This document shows positions 36,129-47,079 of a stretch of 64,000 nucleotides of DNA, one piece after another. Source of the DNA: Pristiophorus japonicus (Eukaryota). How positions within the stretch are numbered: the stretch's first letter is position 1; every line of letters starts with the position of its first letter. The notes beneath the pieces are model-generated. The model saw nothing but the letters and a program-made list of their open reading frames with translations. It was not told the DNA's origin and made no database searches. Location: the NCBI RefSeq assembly GCF_044704955.1, contig NC_091998.1, forward strand, positions 36,456,001 to 36,520,000, read 5' to 3'. Made by a program: the position numbers and the translations under genes.

Positions 36129-37994
36129 ATGGACCCACTGAACCTCGGCGTCCATCGATTTGCCCCAAAAGCCATCCTGCCTCAACGAACCCTCTTCTGG
36201 TCCATCAGCCTCATATATTAGTCTGGTTGCAGACTTCCTGCACATTCGAGCTAAGTGGCCACTGAGATTGCAGTTCCTGCATACAAACTGTTGAAATCTG
36301 CAAGAAATCTGCAAAATCTGTTTCCCCCCACGCCTCCAGCATGAGTTAAAGTTTCCATTGTTGGGAACAAAGGGTCTATGGCCAGGTATTCCGCATTGAC
36401 TGTCCCTTTGACTCCTCTTAAGTATCCTATTAGTGGGTGTCAATGGCTCCATCCCGGGTCGCATTGTCCACTGTGATGGCGTGAATGTCCGTTCAGCCTG
36501 CCATTGTCTCTGTTGAAGTCCTACTCTGGGGTCTATTGCTGCCTGGGGAGTGTCGGACTGCCCCTGCCTGCCTGCGGGGCTCTGAGTCGCATTGATGATG
36601 TTGGCTCCCTGATCCAACGTTAGAGGCAGAATTGCGCGCGTATATTATTTTTGTCTCTTCCTTCCCCGCCATGAAAGTTTGAGCTATCAACGCCGCCGCT
36701 TCCAAGTCAAATCCTTGGTCTCAATCAATTTGTGGAAAATTCCCGCGTGACCGATGCCCTTGATAAAGAAGTCCCTTAGCATCTCCCCCCTGCAGGCATC
36801 TGTGAACTTACAGAGGCTGGCCAAATGCCGGAGGTCCGCTATGAAGTCCGGTATGCTCTGTCCTTCATGACATCGGTGGGTGTAGAATCTGTGTCGGGCC
36901 ATATGTATGCTACTCACCGGTTTGAGGTGCTCCCCAATCAATTTGCTAAGTTCTTCAAAGGTTTTGTCCGCCGGCTTTTCGGGTGCTAGTAAGTCCTTCA
37001 TGAGCGCGTAAGTGTTTGGTCCGCAGCTGGTCAAAAGATGAGCCCTTCGCTTGTCGGCCGCTGCATCCCCCAGCCATTCTTTTGTAACAAAGCTTTGCTG
37101 AAGCCTCTCGACAACACAGTACCGTTCCTCTGTGTTACCGGTGGCCACTCTCGTGGGTCATGAATTCCTGTTTCTCATCACCAATGTAAACTCCTTACTC
37201 TACAGCATGAAACCAAACGAGGCACATTCTGAAGACAAGGTCACTCTGTGGCCTTAACTCTTTATTCACAGGACTCCAAAGACGATGACCCTGCTTGGGA
37301 CCTCCCTTTTTATACCTGTGTGATCAGGTAAGGAGCGTCTCCCACAAGTTCACCCTTGTGGTCAAGGTGTGCATCTAGGTTGAGTGTATACGTAATACAG
37401 TGGTGTTACATTGTGGTTACATACATGACAGTTGTTGTTGAGCTCCCTTGCACAGACATGCTCACACCTTGCCTCCAACTATTCTACACAAATCCCATCA
37501 GTGACCAGAATATCTCACTCACAGTAAATCCGACAGCCTTCCGAACGTCTGAGACCCCCCGGCTTCCCCTCGGAAACCCCTCCACCCTGGCTCCCTACTT
37601 CTTCCTCAGTGCGCTGCTTGAGGAGCCTGGAGAGCTCGAGGTGCTTGGGCCTTGGTTTGGGGTTTGGGCCGTTTTGCCTTTAGGTCGACAGAGTGAAGGC
37701 AATGTTTAATATCAAACAACGCCCCGCAGAGATGCGAAGGAGAATGCAACCCGGGTTTGTGAATGGGGTTGAGGAGACGTTCAGCTCCTGTCATGGACCT
37801 CTCGGAGCCAGAGCTGGGCCCTCTCTGGGTTACAGACAGTACAATATTCGCTTGAATAGTCTCTAACTCTGTGGGCCAGGAGCCCCGGCCTGAGACACTG
37901 CAGCCAGCAGCATGCTCACGCACAATGTGGCTGCCGTGACCCTTTCAGCTGCTGCAGCAACACTACACCTCAGCCCCTGCCGAGACAGCTACAG

Positions 37995-38333
37995 ACTGAA
38001 GCCTTACAAGGACACCCTTAAAGCCTCCCTGATAAAGTGCAACATCCCCACCGACACCTGGGAGTCCCTGGCCAAAGATCGCCCTAAGTGGAGGAAGAGC
38101 ATCCGGGAGGGCGCTGAGCGCTTTGAGTATCGTCGTCGAGAGCATACAGAAAACAAGCGCAGGCAGCGGAAGGAGCGTGCAGCAAACCAGACTCCCCACC
38201 CACCCTTTTCCACAATACCTGTGACAGGGACTGTAATTCCCGTATTGGAGTGTTCAGTCTCCTAAGAACTCACTTTTAGAATGGAAGCAAGTCTTCCCCG
38301 ATTTCAAGGGACTGCCTATGATGATGGTGATGA
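37995..38333 (+). mobile_element. RTE-clade (BovB-like) LINE 3' fragment
   Basis: YKDTLKASLIKCNIPTDTWESLAKDRPKWR motif; (GAT)n tail. Confidence 0.82.
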
Positions 38334-38812
38334 CTACAGACCAGCAATATGTGATGCAGATGCCTTGAGAAAAATTGGGCTGAGTCTGGGAGGATTACAT
38401 TGACCAGGAGCCTTGGTTCTAGTTCGACACAAAATCATAGAATCTTACAGCACAGAAGGAGGCCCATCGGCCCAATGTGTCCTTGAAAGAGCGACCCAAT
38501 TAGTCCCACTCCCCCGCTCTTTCCTCATAGCCCTGCTAATTTCTCCCTTTCACATATATATCCAATTCCCTTTTGAAAGTTATTATTGAATCTGCCTTCA
38601 GGCATCGCGTTCAGGATCACAGTAACTAACTGTATAAAAACATTCTCCTCATCTCCCGCCCTGGCTTATTTGCCAATTATCTTAAATCTGTGTCCTCTGG
38701 TTACCAATTAACCTGAAATCAAGCTAAATCCATCTACTAAATATAATCTAGAAGTAATTCTACTATAGCTGGAATTAAATTACTACTAACCAATAAATAA
38801 ATAAAAACTAGA

Positions 38813-39730
38813 AATGTCAGCACAGGTTGAGTGTCAGGACTGTAATATATGGGAGTTTGTGGACTTCAAGACTGTCCTGGATTGTCATATCGGCAGGAAA
38901 TGATTCTGCCTTAAGACACCCCGGCTCAGAGTCGGTGAGCTACAGTGCAAGTTAGAGACAACGAGGGGGGGATTTCTCCAGAGTACAGTTACACCTGAGA
39001 GGAAAGAACTGATGCAGGAAGGGGAGAGTGTGACTGTCAGTCAGCAGGGTAAGGGGTACCGAGGGGAGATAGAGGAGGAGGTCCCACAGATATTGGTCCT
39101 GCCCAACACATACAATGTACTTGTCATTGAGCCCTGATACTGCCTTTCTCACACCGTTTAACTTAATACGCTTCGTAAAAGGTCATTGACCTGAAACGTT
39201 AACTCTGTTTCTCTCTCCACAGATGCTGCCTGACCTGCTGAGTATTTCCAGCATGTTCTGCTTTTATTTCCGATTTCCCGCACCCTCAGTGTTTTACTTT
39301 GGGTACAATATACTCACTCCCCGTGAGGATAAGGAGAAAGACAGCAGGGAGGATAGCCACAAAGGGCTGGGACACGAGGGAGCTGTTCCACTGGGACGGG
39401 CTGCACACGAACCGGGCTGGGACCAAGATCCTCGCAGAAAGGATAAGTAGCGTGATAAAAAGGACTTTAAACTAATAAATGGCCGGGAGGCGTCAATCAG
39501 AAACAAATGTAAAAATGAGTGTTTAAACTTTTTTAAAAAGCCAGGAGCTGAGTTGAGGTCACAAGCAGTGATCTTCATACTCCGAGTGAATATTAACATA
39601 ACTGAAGTGGTTACAGCAGGAGTGAAAAATAAGAAAAGTGTTGTTAAACGGTGTGAGAGACGCCGTATCAGGGCAGGACAGGTTAGGGTCTCTTGTCCAA
39701 ATAAGGGGTTTATATACTGACACACAGAGC
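38813..39730 (+). mobile_element. Old CR1 ORF1 remnant with deletions
   Basis: MSAQVECQDCNIWEF Zn-finger start; + frame WDTRELFHWDGLHTNRAGTKILAERI...LN* is the esterase C-terminus. Confidence 0.7.
39178..39298 (+). mobile_element. Penelope-like (pLTR-derived) repeat fragment
   Basis: GACCTGAAACGTTAACTCTGTTTCTCTCTCCACAGATGCTGCCTGACCTGCTGAG recognised as a common chondrichthyan repeat; hammerhead CUGANGA core absent here. Confidence 0.55.
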
Positions 39731-40585
39731 AATAACAACTTGAATTTATATAGCGCCTCTACTCATTGGAGTTCAGAAGAATGAGAGGTGATCTAATCGA
39801 AACGTATAAGATTATGAGGGGGCTTGACAAGGTGGATGCAGAGAGGATGTTTCCACTGATGGGGGAGACCAGAACTAGGGGGCACGATCTTAGAATAAGG
39901 GGCCGCCCATTTAAAACTGAGATGAGGAGAAATTTCTTCTCTCAGAGGGTTGTAAATCTGTGGAATTTGCTGCCTCAGAGAGCTGTGGAAGCTGGGACAT
40001 TGAATAAATTTAAGATGGAAATAGACATTTTCTTAACCGATAAGGGGATAAGGGGTTATGGGGAGCGGGCAGGGAAGTGGGCCCGAGTCCATGATCAGAT
40101 CAGCCATGATCTTATTAAATGACGGAGCAGGCTCGAGGGGCCGTATGGCCTACTCCTGCTCCTACTTCTTATGTTCTTAAAACGTCCCAAGGTGCTTCAC
40201 AAAACAAATAAATTTGACACTAAGCCATATAAGGAGAAATTAGGGCAGGTGAGGGAGGTTTTAAGGAATGTCTTAAAGGAGGAAGGAGAGGTTTAGGGAG
40301 GGAGTTCCAGAGCTTGGGGCCCAGGCAGCTGAAGGCACGGCCACCGATGGTGGAGCGATTATTATCAGGGATGCTCAAGAAGGCAGAATTAGAGGAGCGC
40401 AGACAGCGTGGGGGGGAGGGGCTGTGGGGCTGGAGGAGATTACAAAGATAGGGAGGGGCGAGGCCACGGAGGGATTTGTAAACAAGGATGAGAATTTTGA
40501 AACTGAGGCGTTGCTTAACCGGGAGACAATGTAGGTCAGCGAGCACAGGTGGTGATGGGTGAGGGGGACTTGGTGCGAATTAGGA
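39730..40585 (-). mobile_element. L2 3' fragment with a + strand CR1 3' fragment (~39758-40178) inserted in its tail
   Basis: ORF 40220..40546 has L2 motifs; ORF 39766..40122 is the CR1 C-terminus. Confidence 0.82.
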
Positions 40586-42108
40586 AATATATATAAGAAA
40601 TAAATGGAATTAATTTGAGGCTCAAATACAGCTTGGAGCAGTGGTGGGTAAAATAGGTCATGTGTGGACCACCGATAAGGTCACTCCGACCCACCAATGG
40701 ACTCACTCAAACACCCGCCCCACCTGCTCCCATGTAAGGTCATTGTCTCTGAGGGAGTCATAGCCATTAACAGGCAGGTCGCTGCATCAGGGGATTGTTG
40801 CTGGAACCTCCGCTTTCAAGTTTGCAAAAATAAACCAACAATATGAAGGCTGCAGTGTCGGGCAGGTTGTGCTGCTAACAACTGTAGCTGCAGCCCCAGA
40901 CCCGGAGCCAGGATACAAATCGGATCTGGACCAGGTAGGAGTGACTCGGGGGGAACAGAAACCTACTGCGTTTTCTGCAGCTTGCAAATCAACAAAGTTA
41001 TTCACCCCCGAAAGCTCAGTTTCTGCAATGTGAAAGGTGAGTTATTTACCATTTGCAGTGACCGCAAATCTGAGCAAAAGTTCCAGATAACTGCACAGTA
41101 TTATAAATACTTTAAATATATAAACTGGCGCCATCGGCAGCATGACCCGGAATTGACACAATGGAATCGATTGGAAGATTGTTTACTTAGAAATATTTTT
41201 TTAACTTGCAGCGAGGTTTTAGTGTCAACTTGTCTCCCAAGGAATTTTCGCGACAAATTGAAAATGAGCCCTGGGTTTGATTTCAATCCAGCGAGTGAGA
41301 GAATGCTACTTTTGTTTATTGCTGCAGTTTGGCACAAGGTGTCTGAATTCCGCGCGGGGGCACCGCCAGTCTCGCGGCATAACTCTGGCGCAGACTCAGT
41401 TCCATCAGGTCCCTGCCCTTTCTGGGAGTTTCCTCAGTGAAGAGCGGGGGAGTTTCTCGCCTGGGGTGGGCAAAATCTGGCCCATGGGTAATATCCAGGC
41501 CGCCAGTTCATGCTCAGTTCACTGGACAGGGCAGGAACAGAACACAAGCCAGACCTTGAGCTGCACATTAGTCTGAGTCAAGCCATGGCTGCTCATCCAG
41601 ATGACTCTTAGTTATTCGTTGACAGGATGTGGGCAGCGCTGGCAAGGCCGGCATTTATTGCCCATCCCGAACCGCCTTTGGGAAGGTGGTGGTGAGCCGC
41701 CTTGAACCGCTGCAGTCCGTGTGGTGAAGGTACTCCCACAGTGCTGACTTTGTCACAGCGGTTGCGTACAGCAGGGAGTCCGGGGCCCAGCGTCGGCGGC
41801 AGTCGGGAGCAGCATCGGAGGTGCGTGGAGAGGCCTATAAAAGGCACAGCAGGGAGTCCGGGGCCCAGCGTCGGCGGCAGTCGGGAGCAGCATCGGAGGT
41901 GCGTGGAGAGGCCTATAAAAGGCGTGACTTGTGCAGCTACAGGGAGAAGGCAAAAAAGAAGTAGAAAGAAATCAAAAGGTGACATCACAGCCAAGAGGGT
42001 AAGTGATTGGCTGGTGATTGGTGAGTAGTTTTTCTTTTTTCTCTTCTATATCAGTGAGTAACTTTTAACATTGTTGTTGCCAATTTAAGTGTATCTAAGG
42101 GTTAAGTC

Positions 42109-43017
42109 ATGGCAGGAGAGCTCGGTCGGGTGTTATGCTCCTCCTGTACCATGTGGGAACTCAGGGACGACACCAGTGTCCCTGACGACTATATCTGCAG
42201 GAAGTGTATCCACCTCAAGCTCCTGACGGTCCGCGTTGCGGAGTTGGAGCTGAGGGTGGATTCACTCTGGAGCATCCACGATGCTGAGAATGACGTGAGT
42301 AGCACGTGTAGCGAGTTGGTCGTACCGCAGGGAAAGGGTCCACAGCCAGATAGGGAATGGAAGACCAACAGGAAGAGCAGTGCAAGGAAGGTAGTGCAGG
42401 AGTCCCATATGGTCATCCCCCTGCAAAACAGATACACTGCTTTTGGTACTGTTGAGGGGGATGACTCATCAGGGGAGGGCAGCAGCAGCCAAGTTCATGG
42501 CACCATGGCTGGCTCTGCTGCACAGGAGAGCAGGAAAAAGAGTGGGAGAGCAATAGTGATTGAGGATTCAATGGTGAGGGGAATAGATAGGCGTTTCTGC
42601 GGCCGCAACCGAGACTCCAGGATGGTATGTTGCCTCCCTGGTGCAAGGGTCAAGGATGTCTCGGAGTGGGTGCAGGACATTCTAAAAAGGGAGGGAGAAC
42701 AGCCAGTTGTCGTGGTGCACATTGGTACCAACGACATAGGTAAAAAAAGGGATGAGGTCCTACGAAACGAATTTAAGGAGCTAGGAGCTAAATTAAAAAG
42801 TAGGACCTCAAAAGTAGTAATCTCGGGATTGCTACCAGTGCCACGTGATAGTCAGAGTAGGAATCGCAGGATAGCGCAGATGAATACGTGGCAGCAGGGA
42901 GAGTTTCAAATTCCTGGGGCATTGGAACCGGTTCTGGGGGAGGTGGGACCAGTACAAACCGGACGGTCTGCACCTGGGCAGGACCGGAACCAATGTCCTA
43001 GGGGGAGTGTTTGCTAG
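42109..43017 (+). pseudogene. CR1 ORF1 (Zn finger, coiled coil, SGNH esterase), frameshifted near the C-terminus
   Basis: CSSC...CRKC, IVIEDS and VHIGTND motifs. Confidence 0.85.
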
Positions 43018-43119
43018 TGCTGTTGGGGAGGATTTAAACTAATATGGCAGGGGGATGGGAACCAATGCAGGGAGACAGAGGGAAACAAAAAGGAGGCAAA
43101 AGCAAAAGACAGAAAGGAG

Positions 43120-45868
43120 ATGAGGAAAAGTGGAGGGCAGAGAAACCCAAGGCAAAGAACAAAAATGACCACTGTACAGCAAAATTCTAAAAGGACAAAG
43201 GGTGTTAAAAAAACAAGCCTGAAGGCTTTGTGTCTTAATGCAAGGAGTATCCGCAATAAGGTGGATGAATTAACTGTGCAAATAGATGTTAACAAATATG
43301 ATGTGATTGGGATTACGGAGACGTGGCTCCAGGATGATCAGGGCTGGGAACTCAACATCCAGGGGTATTCAACATTCAGGAAAGATAGAATAAAAGGAAA
43401 AGGAGGTGGGGTAGCATTGCTGGTTAAGGAGCAAATTAAGGCAATAGTTCGGAAGGACATTAGCTTGGATGATGTGGAATCTATATGGGTAGAGCTGCAG
43501 AATACCAAAGGGCAAAAAACGTTAGTGGGAGTTGTGTACAGACCTCCAAACAGTAGTAGTGATGTTGGGGAGGGCATCAAACATGAATAAAGGTGCAGCA
43601 GTTATAATGGGTGACTTTAATATGCACATAGATTGGGTTAACCAAACTGGAAGCAATACGGTGGAGGAGGATTTCCTGGAGTGCATAAGGGATGGTTTTT
43701 TAGACCAATATGTCGATGAACCAACTAGGGGGGAGGCCATCTTAGACTGGGTGTTGTGTAATGAGAGAGGATTAATTAGCAATCTTGTTGTGCGAGGCCC
43801 CTTGGGGAAGAGTGACCATAATATGGTGGAATTCTGCATTAGGATGGAGAATGAAACAGTTAATTCAGAGACCATGGTCCAGAACTTAAAGAAGGGTAAC
43901 TTTGAAGGTATGAGGCGTGAATTGGCTAGGATAGATTGGCGAATGATACTGAAGGGGTTGACTGTGGATGGGCAATGGCAGACATTTAGAGACCGCATGG
44001 ATGAACTACAACAATTGTACATTCCTGTCTGGCGTAAAAATAAAAAAGGGAAGGTGGCTCAACCGTGGCTATCAAGGGAAATCAAGGATAGCATTAAAGC
44101 CAAGGAAGTGGCATACAAATTGGCCAGAAATAGCAGCGAACCCGGGGACTGGGAGAAATTTAGAACTCAGCAGAGGAGGACAAAGGGTTTGATTAGGGCA
44201 GGGAAAATGGAATACGAGAAGAAGCTTGCAGGGAACATTAAGACGGATTGCAAAAGTTTCTATAGATATGTAAAGAGAAAAAGGTTAGTAAAGACAAACG
44301 TAGGTCCCCTGCAGTCAGAATCAGGGGAAGTCATAACGGGGAACAAAGAAATGGCGGACCAATTGAACAAGTACTTTGGTTCGGTATTCACTGAGGAGGA
44401 CACAAACAACCTTCCGGATATAAAAGGGGTCGGAGGGTCTAGTAAGGAGGAGGAACTGAGGGAAATCCTTATTAGTCGGGAAATTGTGTTGGGGAAATTG
44501 ATGGGATTGAAGGCCGATAAATCCCCAGGGCCTGATGGACTGCATCCCAGAGTACTTAAGGAGGTGGCCTTGGAAATAGTGGATGCATTGACAGTCATTT
44601 TCCAACATTCCATTGACTCTGGATCAGTTCCTATGGAGTGGAGGGTAGCCAATGTAACCCCACTTTTTAAAAAAGGAGGGAGAGAGAAAACACGGAATTA
44701 TAGACCGGTCAGCCTGACATCGGTAGTGGGTAAAATGATGGAATCAATTATTAAGGATGTCATAGCAGTGCATTTGGAAAGAGGTGACATGATAGGTCCA
44801 AGTCAGCATGGATTTGTGAAAGGGAAATCATGCTTGACAAATCTTCTGGAATTTTTTGAGGATGTTTCCAGTAGAGTGGACAAGGGAGAACCAGTTGATG
44901 TGGTATATTTGGACTTTCAGAAGGCTTTCGACAAGGTCCCACACAAGAGATTAATGTGCAAAGTTAAAGCACATGGGATTGGGGGTAGTGTGCTGACATG
45001 GATTGAGAACTGGTTGTCAGACAGGAAGCAAAGAGTAGGAGTAAATGGGTACTTTTCAGAATGGCAGGCAGTGACTAGTGGGGTACCGCAAGGTTCTGTG
45101 CTGGGGCCACAGCTGTTTACACTGTACATTAATGATTTAGACGAGGGGATTAAATGTAGTATCTCCAAATTTGCGGATGACACTAAGTTCGGTGGCAGTG
45201 TGAGCTGCGAGGAGGATGCTATGAGGCTGCAGAGTGACTTGGATAGGTTAGGTGAGTGGGCAAATGCATGGCAGATGAAGTATAATGTGGATAAATGTGA
45301 GGTTATCCACTTTGGTGGTAAAAACAGAGAGACAGACTATTATCTGAATGGTGACAGATTAGGAAAAGGGGAGGTGCAAAGAGACCTGGGTGTCATGGTA
45401 CATCAGTCATTGAAGGTTGGCATGCAGGTACAGCAGGCGGTTAAGAAAGCAAATGGCATGTTGGCCTTCATAGCGAGGGGATTTGAGTACAGGGGCAGGG
45501 AGGTGTTGCTACAATTGTACAGGGCCTTGGTGAGGCCACACCTGGAGTATTGTGTACAGTTTTGGTCTCCTAACCTGAGGAAGGACATTCTTGCTATTGA
45601 GGGAGTGCAGCGAAGGTTCACCAGACTGATTCCCGGGATGGCGGGACTGACCTATCAAGAAAGACTGGATCAACTGGGCTTGTATTCACTGGAGTTCAGA
45701 AGAATGAGAGGGGACCTCATAGAAACGTTTAAAATTCTGACGGGGTTAGACAGGTTAGATGCAGGAAGAATGTTCCCAATGTTGGGGAAGTCCAGAACCA
45801 GGGGACACAGTCTAAGGATAAGGGGTAAGCCATTTAGGACCGAGATGAGGAGGAATTTCTTCACATAG
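43120..45868 (+). pseudogene. CR1 ORF2 (APE endonuclease + RT) in two frames
   Basis: NARS, ITETW, YRPP in 43120..43590; GDFN through FADD in 43532..45868. Confidence 0.88.
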
Positions 45869-46384
45869 AGAGTGGTGAACCTGTGGAATTCTCTACCACA
45901 GAAATTTGTTGAGGCCAATTCACTAAATATATTCAAAAAGGAGTTAGATGAAGTCCTTACTACTAGGGGAATCAAGGGGTATGGTGAGAAAGCAGGAATG
46001 GGGTACTGAAGTTGCATGTTCAGCCATGAACTCATTGAATGGCGGTGCAGGCTAGAAGGGCCGAATGGCCTACTCCTGCACCTATTTTCTATGTTTCTAT
46101 GTTTCTAACTGCGTGTCCCGCTGGGCTGTCTCAGAGGGCAGTTAACAGTCAACCACGTTGCTGTGGGTCTGGAGTCACATATGGGCCAGACCGGGTAAGA
46201 GCAGCAGGTTTACATCCCTAAAGGACATTAGTGAACCAGCTGGGTTTTTACAACAGTTTCATGGTCACCATTACTGATACTAGCTTTTTAATGAACTGAG
46301 TTTAATTCCCCAGCTGCTGTGTTGGGATTTTAACTCATGCTTCCGGATCATCAGTCCAGGCCTCTGGATTACTGGTCCAATAAC

Positions 46385-46775
46385 ATCATCATCATCATCA
46401 TAGGCAGTCCCTCGGAATTGAGGAAGACTCGCTTCCACTCTAAAAGTGAGTTCTCAGGTGACTGAACAGTCCAATACGAGAATTACAGTCTCTGTCACAG
46501 GTGGGACAGACAGTGGTTGAGGGAAAGGGTGGGTGGGGAGTCTGGTTTGCCACACGCTCCTTCCGCTGCCTGCGCTTGATTTCTGCATGCTCTCGGCGAC
46601 AAGACTCGAGGTGGTCAGCACCCTCCCGGATGCACTTCCTCCACTTAGGGCGGTCTTTGGCCAGGGACTCCCAGGTCTCGGTGGAGATGTTGCACTTTAT
46701 CAGGGAGGCTTTGAGGGTGTCCTTGTAACGTTTCCTCTGCCCACCTGGGGCCCGTCTGCCGTGTAGGAGTTCCGA
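46385..46775 (-). mobile_element. RTE-clade LINE 3' fragment
   Basis: Same family as 37995 and 59545; (CAT)n tail on +. Confidence 0.82.
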
Positions 46776-47079
46776 CTATGCTGCCGCTCCCCACTGAAGA
46801 AAGAGACCGGCGCTGCGACATTCCTCTGCTGGTACCAGAGTAAAATGGCAGGGATTCTCTAACACACGGGACTGGGTCCCAGAGCACCAGGACTCCAGGC
46901 AATGGCACAAGGTGTAGTTCAGGACCATTAAACAGTGAGCACCTCTCACATCGGAGCCCCGCAGACCCCAGCCGCTCTGACAGACACCCACGCCGGCTCT
47001 CACTACAACCCCTCCTATTAACACAGAAAATGAAACATAGAAAATAGGTGCAGGAGTAGGCCATTCGGCCCTTCGAGCT

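Larger units (their letters stand above)
31488..37430 (-). mobile_element. Full-structure Gypsy (Mag-like) LTR retrotransposon: LTRs 31488-31730 and 37185-37430, TSD GTTGT, gag-PR-RT-RH-IN frameshifted
   Basis: Matching ~243 bp LTRs; PBS TGGTGATGAG; PPT; domain order gag (36687-37148), PR (~34800), RT/RH (32929-34584), IN (31971-32895); inserted in the L2 GTT tail. Confidence 0.93.
41768..46105 (+). mobile_element. Near full-length young CR1 (5' UTR with 2x78-bp monomers, ORF1 from 42109, ORF2 ~43120-46009) with few disabling lesions
   Basis: ORF1 has Zn finger and esterase, frameshift near 42890; small deletion near 43583; premature TAG 45866-45868; (TTTCTATG)n tail. Confidence 0.95.
41612..46385 (-). 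mobile_element. tRNA-headed SINE with LINE-derived tail, split by CR1 (halves 41612-41767 and 46106-46385)
   Basis: Tail GATGGGCAATAAATGC; the halves rejoin on the minus strand as ...CGCAGTT/GTACGCAACCGC... Confidence 0.6.

Noticed and set aside
39165-39205. Hammerhead ribozyme in the Penelope-like fragment
   Set aside because: A stem and GAAA remain but the CUGANGA core is absent
39318-39471. Minus-strand exon-like segment (AG...GTGAGT) encoding two hydrophobic stretches (FKVLFITLLILSARILV...FVAILPAVFLLILTG) with strong GC3 bias
   Set aside because: The + strand encodes the CR1 ORF1 esterase C-terminus (ELFHWDGLH...LAERI...LN*); the signal is its antisense shadow
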